DNA of 64,000 nucleotides, taken from the NCBI RefSeq assembly GCF_018977255.1, contig NW_024704747.1:22320001-22384000 (forward strand), given 5' to 3'. The stretch comes from Callorhinchus milii. Lineage: Eukaryota. Positions 12,356 to 25,740 of the stretch are shown one piece after another (the stretch's first letter is position 1; the number at the start of each line of letters is the position of its first letter). The position numbers and the translations under genes are program-made. The notes beneath the pieces are model-generated. The model was given only the letters and a program-made list of their open reading frames with translations. It made no database searches and was not told where the DNA came from.

Positions 12356-13299
12356 CTGTTTTTTAAAAAAAACAGGTTTTTAATCCATGTCAAGGAAATG
12401 AAATCACTGTTTGGATGTAATAATTACCTGAAGGGGCAAGAGGTGACATTAAACAAAGGCGTTTATTCTATGCAGTTTTCCTCTAAGTGTGGTTGCCAAT
12501 ACTGTACTTTAAACTGTGTATTTTTACTCTTACTCTAAGTCACTTATGTTAGATTGCTTTAAGTCAATTTATAACAATGCTGTGATTAATTCTCTGAATC
12601 TGTCTGTACACATTCTGTAGTCTGGAAGATTTTCAAGTTGGATTATAGTGTCTTAAGAACATCGCATTGGTGTATTGTGTGCTCACTTTACAATATTCCC
12701 ATTAACTCCCAAACCACTGCCCAATGCAAAGCCTTGGAAGAAAACCAGAATTGTTAGCACACGTTTGTCAATAGCATTTGTTCCCAGGCTTTCCAATCTT
12801 CAGCAGCACCTTATTGTGCTCAGTCATCAATCTTAATAATACAAATTTACATTCATATAGCATATAATAAGGTGTAGGTTTGACAGTGGCACAGACCAAC
12901 TATTGAGAAACACAATTAAGAGCAGTTTCTTGAAGTCCCCTGTTAGTTACCATAGTGAGGTTTACCCTTACAATAAAATCTCACTATACATAGCAGTTAA
13001 TAGACTCATCTTATTTTACACTCATCAGGGCGTGCCCTTAGTTGGGCATTTGGTCACCATCAGATGCAAATGAAAACGAATCAGACTGTGAAGAAACAAT
13101 TTGAATAGTGAGTTACCTCATTACTGAGATGCCCACAGGGTCAGGTTCTGCTGTGCAATGGTGCTCGGGTTTATGTCAATGTGGATGCAGTTTGAGTGGT
13201 AGATTAAAGTGCATTAATGATTTGTATTATATAAAACTATTGTAAATTTTCTCCAGGAGAAAATCCACAGCTCAACAGGACTATGAATTTATTACTCAC

Positions 13300-13346
13300 A
13301 AATCTGGATGAGTTGTCGTTTCTCATAGTCTTGGCATTTCCAAAGG
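13300..13346 (-). CDS. myo1b: Myosin-Ib coding exon (probably exon 6), switch I: (A)FGNAKTMRNDNSSRF
   Basis: 47 nt exon. Acceptor ttgtttttcaccag, donor TTT|gtgagt. Contains the NDNSSRF switch-I motif. Phases 1/0. Confidence 0.98.
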
Positions 13347-15361
13347 CTGGTGAAAAACAAGAATTAGCAAAATGTTACACTCGGATCTTCATGTCTGAAT
13401 TAAAAAGCCAATTATTTCAATGGAACAGATAGAAATATTATGTGTCTCACAGCAATGTTTGGCAGAACAACATTGAAATTCAGGCCTCTTCTCATTTCAT
13501 CAGCTGCAGATTCTTCTACCAATACCTTTCTTTACCATCATGAACCAGACAGAGAAACAAAATAAAACTTATGCTTTTGTGTGTATAACCATACATTTGG
13601 CTTGCAAATCTACTAGCCTTCGTGGGTGTGGTGAGGGAGGGGAGGGAGCTGAGCAGAGTCTTGTTGGAGCTAAGCTGGCTCCAAGCAATATCAAAATCAA
13701 GCTCACCCTCTGTGGTGGTCTCAGTAGAATGTTTCCTGAGCCAGGCAGGTCTGCAGTACTCCAGGACAGTACTCAGGACAACCCAGCCAGCTCCGCTCAT
13801 TGATGGGACTTTGAAGGGCAGACTAATCAACGTTGGGGGGGAGGGATTCTTCCCACTCATCTCCTGTTAACCTTGCAAGCCAAAGCCCTTACAGATGGGT
13901 GGTCCTAGCTGGACAAGCAGCAAGAAAGCTTGCCAGACAGTGCTTTCAATGGCAAGCCACGTGGTTTTAGTTGGTTAAACTCCAGTAGTACCCCAACACA
14001 TACTCTGGTGTCCCTAACCCATAGGTCCTGCTAGCTTGCGCCTAACACTCTCCAGATTAGGTAAGTAGGATGCATCCCATTAGGGAGCGAGAGTTGGAAT
14101 CATATCACTCATTTATAGTCCACCAGTGGTGAAAGATAGTTAAACCGTACAACTCCACACATTGAGCTTTCACCAGGCAAAGCACAGGCTGCTCGATGGA
14201 AAGATGTATTGGGGGGAAGAAAACAAAGAATCTCATGCCTCTTTTCAGCCAAGAATGGAGCCTTAACACCGAAGTCAGGTGAAAGGTCCTGCCTGCAGCC
14301 AAACCAAGAGGAACTTGCAGGCAGGCCGTGCCAGGGGAATATACAGTCATACAGCAATGGGTCAATGTGCTGTACAAGGAAACATATTCACTGCCATAAA
14401 TTTGCCAAGTTCCTAATGTCAAGAGCAGTACTGAAGGTGACGTGTACCTACAGGAAAGTGGAAGTATCAATCACAAATACTGCCACCTTGATCGCTCCCT
14501 CATTGCTGCAAAGAGTGGGAGAGAGAGAAACTATGAGAGAAGCTTAAGATACTAAAGAGATTGTGGTAAATATATATATATTAAAATAATGTATGTAATG
14601 TACTAGTATGTTTTTACTAGAACAGGCCTTAACCTTCATAAACAGCCCACAATCTGACTCAACTTGCTCCATTCCTTGGTGGGATTGCAAATGAATGGCT
14701 TTAAAATAGATCAGTTTTTTTCACAATGCTCTGCTAGGTGTGAAAAATAATATGGTTTGCTAATTTAAGGTTCTTCCTAATTTAAGCAAAGCAACTAAAA
14801 GCAAAGCATTGATGAGATTGAAAATGAATGCGTCCAGTCACTCTGGAGTCTTTTGGATGATGTGTCAAGAATTTCCTTATCAGTGGTATCAAAACCACTC
14901 CTTTAATACCTGGCTCTTTTGAGTTCTGCAACAAGACTCTTGTGTAATACCAAACCGAGAAATTATTTTTCTGCTACTGGGAATTATCCAGGTACAATCT
15001 CCAATTCACTAGTCGGAATTTGCCTATAAAATGCACAGTACCTATGCTTAACAGCAAGTCCTGTGAAGCGCTTTGAGACATCCCCCCAACATAAAAGGTG
15101 CTCTACCCAATGTAAGTTTTTTTTAATAGCAAACGTTGGGTTTTAGCACCGCTCAATTTGGTTTGTCTTGGTTCTGGCTTAGTAAGTCAATGTATGCAAT
15201 ATGTATAATATATTTAATTTATGGAATAGATTTTGCCCACAAAATACACAGTCAATCCACTTTACAATATATTCTGTGAAGCACTTTGAGACATCTCAAT
15301 GATGTGATAAGGGGCTATATCAAAGCCAAGAATTATTATTATTATATGTTCAAAATCTTAC

Positions 15362-15466
15362 CTTCCAGCACAGGGTTCGACTGCAGGAGCTGTTCCTTTA
15401 CTTGATTGACCTCTGTTCCTTTGCCACAAACAGCAGCGACGTAGGACATAACCAGTTTGCTGGCCT
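15362..15466 (-). CDS. myo1b: Myosin-Ib coding exon (probably exon 5): (E)ASKLVMSYVAAVCGKGTEVNQVKEQLLQSNPVLE
   Basis: 105 nt exon. Acceptor atcttttcag, donor G|gtaaga. Contains the SNPVLEAFG myosin motif. Phases 1/1. Confidence 0.98.
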
Positions 15467-15548
15467 CTGAAAAGATTGAAAAGATATTCAGATTCCAATA
15501 GTACCAAAGCAATAGTCATCAAAGTGGAACTAAATTCATTATGTGTAC

Positions 15549-15902
15549 CAGTTTGGCTCAGTTGGTAGAAACCTTGCCTTTGGATCAGAAGGTCGTGGGT
15601 TCAAAGCCCAAATGGAGACCTGAGATCTTAAGTCTATGCTGACACTCCAGAGTAGAGCTGGGGAAAAAGAGATCTTAAACTGAAGTCCTGCCTGCCTGTT
15701 TTTAGATGGATGATAATGAAGCCATGACAATATTAGAAGGAAATTTCTCCTGGTGTCCTGACCAATTTTGCTCCAGATAAATTAGTAATTCACCACATGG
15801 CTGTTTGTGGGTCCTTGCTGCTATGTTTGTCTACAGAGACTCCACTACACTTGACAGCAATTACTTTGAAGTGTTGTGACTGAAGGTGCTATAAAAATGT
15901 CA
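15549..15902 (+). mobile_element. Older Deu-domain SINE, near full length
   Basis: ggctcagttggtagaacc...gtgggttcaaagccc...gctgacactccag...tctcctggtgtcctgaccaa...gctgtttgtgggtccttgctg...aaggtgctataaaaatg. Confidence 0.8.
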
Positions 15903-18900
15903 GCTCTTTCTCGGTTAAAAATCATACATGGTTGACAAACACCAAGAATCTTTGAAACATATTCCTCGTCAGGAACAGATTTTTGACAAGTACGAGGTGT
16001 TGTGACTAACGAGTAAACTGAAAGAGCTCAGAAGTCAAAGACTCTAATCAAACATGATGTTAAGGCAAATTCTGACAGCCAATCAGGAATTCAGCACCCA
16101 CTTTTCAAAAAACAGCCAAACACACACCCCTTTCTCACCACTCTTACACAATGAGAAATGTCTGTAAATTGCCATCTTTTTGTCAGCTTCAGTTGCCATT
16201 TTCTTTTGTGTGATTAACGTCACAATTTTGCGGGTTTGGAAAGAAACAAAACACAGTGTCTGCTTTTTTTTAAAAAAAGAAATGATCTTAGCTTTTGAGC
16301 AATTCTAATTCTTTATCAAATAAAGGGATTTTATTGCCTAGAAAATGAAGTTTATTATAGCTGAAGCCAGATTTCTCTCGGACTGCAGAAGGAGGCAGGA
16401 CTGAGTAACAGACTGGTAGAATGAACCATCACATATCAGATAACTCTTAACAGCCAATGTCAGTGTTACTGGGGGACAGAGACAGCTCGCGGTCTTCTTG
16501 GATTCCTAGCAGTTTGAATAGTTTAGTTAGAAGTTATGCGGCAATGTTTTCTTCTATAAATGAGCGAATTTGTTTAGCAACAGCAGTTATAATGCAAGTC
16601 CATTTATTTTCTAGCCAGCTACATTTGAGATAAAACAGATGGTACAGAGTGCATATAATTTTGTTTAATTGTGGTTTTTTTTGGTCAGCCACATATGGAA
16701 CCCCATCACTACATTCAAGAGTATGCAAACCAAACTGAAAGAGACCTATTTTTAGGAAGAGGCATTAATATTATATATTTAAAACATGGAATTATTTATT
16801 ATTACTGTTGAAGACTTTCATTCCTTCCCCCCACCCGCCGCCATCTAATGTCAGTTCAGCGTCCTGCACCCCTCTGTATACAAGATGCACAGATGTCAGA
16901 CCTTCAGCTGATTTTGCTCAGTTCCCAGAGTTCGTGAGCTGGAAACACTCAGTAAGATCGTGATGGAAATAAACTGAAGCAGAATAACTATTGAGGATTT
17001 TTTTTTAAATTGAGGACCTCAGCAAGATGGTGATCCCATAGTGCAAAATAGTGCAAAGGTTGAAATGAGCAGAAGAAAGGGCACAATAAATCAAGAAGTG
17101 GTGATGCCAAGCTTGAGTCTTAAAAGCCTGTAGATCGTAGGAGGAGGGGAAGATTGAAGATAAAGAACGTCACAATCTTGAGGTCCTGGGAACGAATAAG
17201 TTGGGAGTGAGAGCCTATGATTGCAATACAGTGAGGATGGGAAGAGGGAGAGCAACAGTTAAAGGTTAGCCCTTCAAGGCAGTTAAACTCAATTGTTTTA
17301 GAGTTGAGACCAATTAGCTTTGATGCTCCCATTACTGAGGTGCACAGTGTCCACTAAGTACTTCTTGTTCTCAATTTGACTGATCCCAAAGAACACACCT
17401 ACTGATCGTTCTCAATTAGCTCTTGACCAGAACATCAACATGTGTTCCTCTTCTGATTTTTGACGCACACAAGAACATTTTTGTGGTCAAATTTATAAAA
17501 ATATATAAACAGGGAGCTGGATCCAAGAATGTGTTCTGCAATCAAAATGCACCACAAAATGTTCAACTTCAGGGTGATGATTCTCCTTATGGGTTTAAGA
17601 AATAGTTTGTATCAGTGCTTCTTGTTCCATTTTTTTACTACAGCTGGCAATCATTAAAACATACCCTGCTCAATAAATAGCTCGGAGTTAGAGTGCCATG
17701 CTGAAATATTACCACTTGAACAATGCTTGGTGCAGTGTCAACAGTGTATTTAAGACAAAATTGAAGAAGTATGCATATATGAAGAAGAGAATAGAAGGAC
17801 ATGGGAGAGGGAAACAGGAGGGATGGAGTTTTTTGTGGTATAAACACTGACATGCACAAGTTGGGCTGAATTGGCATGTTTCTGTTCTGTAATGTTCTAC
17901 ATACTTCTAAGCCCAACTCCTCAAGGAGCACATAAAGGCTTACATCGAAACTTTGTGGTCACCTACATAAGCTAACACTACAAATTTTACACAGCTTGTC
18001 ACTTTTATTTAGGCTGCATAGCATTACAAAAGAATGATAATTTCAAGCTCAGCACTTTGGGGATGCTGAATGACCCTGTGCATTCAATACTTGGCATTAT
18101 GTGGATGCTACAGCATGGAAACAGACCATTCGGCCAAAGTCTTTGCACGCTTCTAATTCCCTCTCCTTTCTCTTTCTATTTCCGTCTTCCTCCTGTATAC
18201 ACCATGTTTCCTCTTAAATATGTTGATGCTTTCTGCTTCAATCACAGTTTCCAGAAGTGAGTTGCTTATTCTCACAACCCTCTACATAAAGAAATTCTTC
18301 CAAAGTTCCTTTTAGGTCTGCTAGTGGCTGCCTTATACTGTACTAATAGCACCAATTTTTGGACTCACTATCAAGTGGAAACAGTCTATTATTATCCACC
18401 TTATTGTATTCTTTTATAATTTTAAACACTGCTACCCAATTATAAGTTGCATTGATCCCTCACAGTTGTTTCCTCACTGGAGAGAAAAGTTCTAACCTGT
18501 CCAATTTTTCTTGCTCGTTGTATCACTGTTGAGCCACAGAAATGATGGTGAGAGCTCGTTGGAAGAGACTGACAGACTGACAGCAATATGAATGCAGAGT
18601 AAACATGTTCAACAGCAAGGGATGCTTTAACAATTAAACAATTCTGTAACTAACAGAACTCTAATAATATATTTTAAAAAACTTTGAAAAAGAAAGATGA
18701 TCACACTATAAAAGCACATCATGTGTGTAGCATTGATGCTATTCTCAGAAGTGAGGCTTTCAGCCTGGGTCAAAGTGTATATTAAATGAAAGATGATTCT
18801 GTTCTTTTACTTAATATATTTTTTATGATGGGGCAGTTTATAAATAGTGCAACAGGATATAAGAGTCTGTACGACACACTCTTCAGTCTTGTGATAAATA

Positions 18901-21900
18901 AGACACATCACATGGCTCATCGGTATTTATTGTATTAAAAGCTCCAAGACTCTGATTGCAAGCTTCTGGGATGTGGTTATCTCCTGAGTGTCAAGAAGAC
19001 CAGTCGATACAGGTGAAAGTCACAGCTCAAACCCTTGCTGCTGGAAATGTTACAGTTAGCTGGTCTGGAAGAAGACAATCTTTTTTGCCACAAATTAATA
19101 GCCAAGATATGAGTTTGAACTCTTCTGCTCTAGGTTCTGAGTCTGTCCAGGGATTGTTCACTTAACCTGTGGGCAATTGGCTCCTGCAGTTCGCCCACAA
19201 TATATACAGTCAATTCACTTTACAATATATTCTGTGAAGCTCTTTGAGATGTCTCAAAGACACGATAAGGTGCTATATTAAATGCAGGAAGTATTATTAT
19301 ATTATAATTATTATATTGTTATTATAACACTCTTCTTTAGCTAACTACTGGCCCTGATTTGTTCTGCGCGTGGACACACGCATGTACACCATTTCGGATT
19401 CAAATTTGGTTTATATACAAACCAAGCTGAGACTTCAAGTTCCCAATGCTCCTAAATTTCACAACTTGCCAATATTTTTATGGGAACCCTGTGGATCTGC
19501 AGAATGTGAACTGTAATGTAAACGCTGCTCCCAAAGGCAGCAGCAGGAAGTCATGACTACACATTGCACTTGCAGCTTGTCTGGCACCGATCGCTAAATA
19601 GCTAAGCCAATGAGATCTGCCACCCCTGCACAGCCTGAGCTCCAACCTCAGGGGTCCACAGTGGGGGTGCTTTGCGTAGTCAGGACACTCCCCGTGGAGT
19701 GGTTAGGTGGTGGGGAGAAGTGAGGGTTGAGAGATAAATCACTCGAAGTCTCTTTCACACGATCACTAGGAGTTCATTTCAAAGTGGCTGTGACAGAGGC
19801 CTGGGCAGGAGGCTTCGCAATATTGGAATATCACATAACTCAGGAAAGAGAGAAAACAGCCACCAAACCTCTGCAAGCAAAACAGTTGCTGGACAACAAG
19901 AACTCCCGGGCCAGGGAGTCTTTACTGGCGTTGAACCAGTAACCACAGATTGTTACACATGGCAGCTGGACAGAAACCATGGGAAAGGAAAAAGAATGTA
20001 ATTTTAGCACAAAAGTGGCTGGATTGGAAAATTCTATCGAAGGAGTCGCAAAGCTGAAAAAAATCTACCTTTGCACTTCCTCTCAGGGCGAAGGATCTTG
20101 TGAAATAGTCTACAACTAGCCCAACAGTACCTCTGCAGTGTCCAGTTTTACTTCGCTAGTTTAAGGGAACACAAGATTAGCTGGTTATTAACTTACCACT
20201 GTTCAGTTCATACACACACACACACCCACACACACAACGCTGTGCTTACGATTACTCAACCAGACCAAAAGTTCTACAAATGTAAATCTCCTGTTGGGAT
20301 CTGGAATGCATATAGTTTAGGCTGACATTCCAATGCAGATCTGGGGGTGTGTTGCATCATTGGAGGTGCCATTTTTCAGATAAGATGTTTTGTGTAAAGA
20401 TCCCATAGCACGATTTGAAAAGGGAGTTTCTTCTGGTAACCTGTTCAACAATTCCCCAAACAAAATTGGTCTTTCGCTTCATGGCTGTTTGTGGGACATT
20501 ATGTGTAAATTGGTTGCTGGGTTCACCACAAAATGCACAATCACTACACTTATCAGAAATGTAGTGAAGCACTTTGAAAGGCGCTATATCAAATGCCAGG
20601 ATTATTTTTTATTATGAATATTATTAACCACGCACTGAAAATTTCCCTTTTAATTTCATCCACGCACCAAAAGGTTTCAAGAAGTTGAATGTCTCCTTTT
20701 ACCGAGCGCAGGATACAAGTTCTGGACTGCTCCAAAGATGCCTTGCGCCACCCGATCATGTTGCCATAGTGCCTGAAATCCACGACTCTTTAGAACAGTC
20801 ATCTGGCTTTTAAATTGACTGTGCTTTCAGGAGAGTGTAGGATGTTCATTAACACTCCCACACAAAAAAAACCTCCCCCTCAGTTCAACCATTAGCAACT
20901 GTTTATACAGCATTTAATTTAGATGCCCCGTGTTGACATTTCTGCTTTGCCCACGTTGTGTAACGTTGGTGCAAGCAGCGCAACATCATCAAATGGCAAA
21001 TTGCTGGTGACAGTCTCTCCAGAGCAGTTGCTGGCTGTTATCAGCAAGTAAGTGGAAACCACTCTGTGCGGATGAAGAGATAAAAATGAATTAGTGCTGA
21101 AAACTGGATACCGGAGGAGTATGCGGTATTTCATTAAAAAGGGTTGTTTGAAAGAAACTCTTTTAACAAAAATATACTCAACACTTTGAGATGGTCATGC
21201 TACACGAAAGGGGCTATATAAATGCAAGTTGTTATCACAAACTGTTGAGAGGGTACTGCATTGTCAGAGGTGGTTGTTCTTTGAATACGATGCTAAACCA
21301 AAGACCCATCTACCTTTTCAAGTGAATGTTACAAGATCCCGTGGCATTACAAAAAGAGAAAGGAGCTTCTCCCGGTGACCTGACCAACAAGCCCCCAAAT
21401 AAAATTGATCATTCATTTCATGGCTTGTTTGTGGGACACTGCTTTGTGTGGAATCCTGCCTACATAATATGCAGTTACTACACTTTACACATCCTGTGCA
21501 GGGTTTCAAGACATGATGTAAAAGGCATTATACTAAACGTAAGTATTATTAATAATTTATTATTATAATGTCCGTCATGTCTGTGGAGGAGAGTTTAACG
21601 AGGCTAAGCTCATATGTTGCAGGCGCTATTTGCTCTTACAAATCCACAGTGCTGAAAATCTATTGCTCAAGTTGGCATTTTCAGAGGAAATGTCCTTCGC
21701 CTCAGGGGAGTGACCAAGACCTACGCATCCACTTACAATCAGACACCAGATGGTTAATTCACTTTCCATTCTCCTAACAGCAGGGGCACTTACCCTAATT
21801 ATGGGATTCAACGGGATTCCCAATTGTTCGCCCAGCTACAAAGAACACCTACATTAACAATGCAATGCTGGTGAAGTTGGAGGCTACATAGAAAGATAGA

Positions 21901-22199
21901 AGGTGTCGTCCTTTCGAGGAGATGTTAAACCGAGGTCGCATTTGCCTGTTCAGGTGGATGTTAAAGATTTCATGGTAATACAAGGTGACCAAAAAGTCTT
22001 AATTTTCAGCTACCCTATTATCTAAAAAAATCATAATTGCTTTAAGAATTATTAGACATTGTAACTCACAAATCATAAATTTTGGTCGCCCTGTATTTGC
22101 AAATAGTTTCTCTCAGTTTCCTTGGCAAAAATCCCACAGATAAAATTGATCATTCACTTCATGGGCATTGCTTTGTGGAATTTGGCTGCCGTCTTCGGA

Positions 22200-22322
22200 C
22201 ACTGACTGTCCTGAGAATGTGGTGCTGGGGACTTCTCTTTGAACCTCTGCAGTCCTCGTGGGCAATGGTGCTCCCATGACGGTGTTGGTTAGGGAGTTCC
22301 AGGATTTTGACCCAGAGTGGGT
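22200..22322 (-). mobile_element. CR1-clade LINE ORF2 C-terminal fragment (shark-type)
   Basis: The minus strand encodes GSKSWNSLTNTVMGAP, then GLQRFKEKSQHHILR after a frameshift. Confidence 0.6.
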
Positions 22323-23914
22323 TGGGGTGGAAAACAAATACAGCAGAGAAAAGACTAATCTGTGCAATTATCCGAGTTAGACAAAGAGCTGTTGCAAGGC
22401 GGTGTCATATAGTGTATGATAAGAGCGTCATCGCTCTCTTTCTTTTGCTCAACATATTATCTTGTGTCGAACAAAAGAAAAGAGAGAATCGTACCAATGT
22501 GTAACATAACAATAGCCCAATGTTTCCAGCCAGGAAGTATACTCTTCTGTATAAGGATTCCGGACTTTAGTTTGAACATCTGGCCATGTCAGCACCGACC
22601 GCATGAAGTCTTTATAGGATCAATGAGTCATGCAGGAAGAGTGGTGCGTACAGAGCCGAAGAGATGCATTTAAATCCTTTTCCAGCTTAGAGCACAAAAA
22701 AAAGTTTCCTCCTCTCGGGCTCTTGACAAGTATAATCATCAAATAAAAGGCTAAAAATAAAGATGAGCCCTTTTCTTTGTGGCAGACTGAATGATGTTTC
22801 CTTCCTTGGTGGTCAGCAGCCTGGAAGCTGCTATTTTAGTCTTGAAAGGCAGCAGGACCTAAATTATAAGTGGCTGAACCAAGGTAATGGTTAATATAAT
22901 GGTCTTCTTTTGGTGATCAGAGCAGAGATTGGGCAGAAAGCATCACGCTGTCAACTCGACCACTGCTATGATGACCTTTTGTCCACAGGCGATCTTTTAC
23001 TACCACTTCCTGCTCCTAACAGGAAGTCCACTGGCAGTCTGTTCTCCCACTTTTGTTACCATTTATGCACTTGCCCATGAACATACAAATATTTAAAACG
23101 GGTCCTACAGTGCTGTGTTTGCACAGCTGTCCGTGGATCTAAGTAGGATCTGTTTACTGTTTCTTCACCACTCAGTCACTCGGGTGGGGGAGCACTGAGG
23201 ATTCAGATCACTCACACTTTTTAATTTATCTTCAAACCCAATAACTCCATTTGAGCTTCTTCCTTCCCTAGGTTCCGACCGCACATCTTTTGGCCATTTT
23301 GCAAGCCAGTTCACATCAGCTACAAGAACCTGAACTGTACTTATATCAACCAGCCGAGTCTTAACAGGGCAAATTCAGAAACCTCTGCACACACTAAAAA
23401 CAACCCCATTTGAATTTATTTAGATTCAGACTGGGAGGAAAAAAGGCTGGAGCTGTCAACTTTTGAGAAGCCGATACAATGACTTGCATCGAGTTCCTGA
23501 AAGACCAGATGAACTACATGGCACACCGATGACATTGTAGAGAATACAGAGTTGGACACCACATATGAGTTCCACCTATGACTTTCTACCTCACCCAGTT
23601 ATGATTGGTTGCCCTTTAAGAATTTGTTCAACTTGGCGGATGAAACCCAAATGCCTGCAGCTCCACTGTCTAATTAGCCACGTCCGAAAATCAGGTTCCT
23701 TTTGAAGTCTGCAGCAGTTTCGCATTTTCTGGACTCTCTGTACTGACGATTACCATTTCACTTGAGAGGAGACAGGAGAATGACAGGAGATGCTGAAGTG
23801 TAATAGAAGGTTTCTGAAGTCCCAAATGAAAGTATCATTATTTGCCACGGCAGTCATTACAGATCTCGCTGAGAGAGCTAACTGTAGTTTCTAATTTAGT
23901 GCAGAACAGGCATG

Positions 23915-24015
23915 TGAGACAGAGAGAGGGAGAAAATGAGTATGAGAAAGAGAGAGTCAGAGAAAGAGTGTGAGAGAGAGTGTGTGTGAGTGAGAGAGAG
24001 AGATATAGAGAGAAA
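23915..24015. repeat. Degenerate (GA)n/(GT)n microsatellite; others at 20212-20236 (CA)n, 41275-41360 (TG)n, 49455-49500 (CA)n
   Basis: Read directly from the sequence. Confidence 0.9.
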
Positions 24016-24659
24016 CAGAAAGGTCTGATCACAAATTCATGTATTCATCAGATGCTAATCGTATGGTAACATTTATATAATATGGTAATATATGATCAGT
24101 AATCGTGCTGATCTACTGAGGGTAACAAGCTTTTTCTTCACTCCCAGGGCTGAAGACCAATGCTAAGAAATGACAGTGAAATAAGCAGGACAAACATGGA
24201 AACTTGACAGTCTGAGGTCAGTAATCAAATTTGCAATGGGAGGATTGAGTGAAGCAAGCGGATTTATAGAGCTGTGGGGTTCTGTGGCTGTTTCATTGAA
24301 TCGATGGGATTTGCGCATTCACACAATGCTGATCTGTCATTGTGACGGCTGTGTCTACATTACAAACTCTGCAACATAAGGACTTTTGTTCTCACTTGAG
24401 AAAGGTTCAAAAGAGCATTTATGCTACTCCAAATTATTCTGCATAAAACATTTTTATATAAATCTCCAAGGATTTAACCAGCGCACACCATTCATTCCCC
24501 ATTGAGTGAGCACTAAAATTCAGAGATTACAATTGAAACACACAACCAATAGGCACAACATCAAGGCTCAACCATTCATCTCGGTGCCAATGCATATGGT
24601 GTTGGTTAAATGACAATGAAAAGGTTCTATATAGTTCACCAGGTGCAGTAAAATCATAC

Positions 24660-24754
24660 CTGTTTTTCCAGCTCCACTTTCTCCAGTAATAAGTATACAC
24701 TGGTCTTTGTCCTGGTCCCGTAGAGATCGGTAGGCCTCATCTGCCAAAGCGAAA
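24660..24754 (-). CDS. myo1b: Myosin-Ib coding exon (probably exon 4) with the P-loop: FALADEAYRSLRDQDKDQCILITGESGAGKT
   Basis: 95 nt exon. Acceptor tattgttttacag, donor G|gtatga. Contains the GESGAGKT myosin P-loop. Phases 2/1 fit the neighbouring exons. Also seen inside ORF 24568..25026. Confidence 0.98.
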
Positions 24755-25439
24755 CTGTAAAACAATACATCAGTTACAGTTTTTATGTCCAGCAGTGAGC
24801 TCCAGATAGCTTCCATTCTTACAGGAAGACTCAACTCTAGCACAGACAGGTCAAGCAATAGGTGGCAATGATGTGTAGATAGTCCTGCCATTTCTGCCCA
24901 CTCCACCCATATTGGAAAGTATTCCCAATACAGTGGATGAAATTTAAGATGATAACTCTGAATCATTTGAGTTTCTTGGTTGACGAAAGTGAAAGTGGCC
25001 AAAATACAACTAAACACATGGTACAATGGTATAGTTGCTCCAATCTATGGTGCCCTGGAGTTGGGAGATGTAGATTCCAGCTAACATCTGATCCAAGATA
25101 TGCACTGCCAGAGATAAGGAGAGAGACGGCTTGGGGCCTGTCACAAATGAGACCTGGGATCGCTGAAGGGAAGGCAAGGATATAAATAACAGGAGGGTAT
25201 TTTCAAGGAAATGTCCAAATTGGGCAATTACTGGCCAAAAGCACGAGAAGATTGGTGGCACGATTCAGCATTAATAAAGTAGCACTAAAATATGATCTAC
25301 CATCATTCTTATAACTATCTATTTTACCTTTCATTCTCCAGGGGTGGGTCAGTTCACCATTCTGAATCTGGGCAAGTATTGTTCTGTTTGTTTACCATTA
25401 AACGGCTTCATCTCCCCTTCCCTACAATGATCTACCAAT

Positions 25440-25740
25440 AGGCCGTTGTTCACAAGTAGATCGAGGGAGTGAGTGTTAGTGAGTTATTCCACACGGAAAG
25501 AGAGTTGTATCACAGTTAAACCCTGCCACCCCCACTCTATCATTTCCAGTAATGGTCAGTGGATAGCAATCAGGAGCAGGAGCATTCATTGGCTGTTTTT
25601 CTCCCAACCCCCTCCCAAACCCTTCAGGATGCCAAAGTGAAGTGCAGCACTATCCTGTACAAGAAGCAAATCTGGGACTGGCCTGATATGTGCGTCTTGA
25701 TGCCTCAATGAACACGTGCTGCTGCTGAGCGAGTGGAGGA
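25440..25740 (-). mobile_element. Ancient, highly diverged SINE (AmnSINE2-like from memory); related pieces near 960-1090, 11400-11560, 38210-38320, 57110-57270 (-) and 60520-60655, 61235-61310 (+)
   Basis: Shared motifs between the pieces (gtggatagcaatcaggagcagg, ctggtctgta..act, gaatagcctgcc). The family name is recalled, not searched. Confidence 0.45.

Noticed and set aside
14288-14325. 10 bp inverted repeat cctgcctgca/tgcaggcagg, and a small hairpin at 25987-26019
   Set aside because: Too short to distinguish from chance without other support.
24568-25026. 152 aa ORF as a stand-alone gene
   Set aside because: Only 24660-24754 is myosin-like. The rest is intron read-through beyond clear splice sites.
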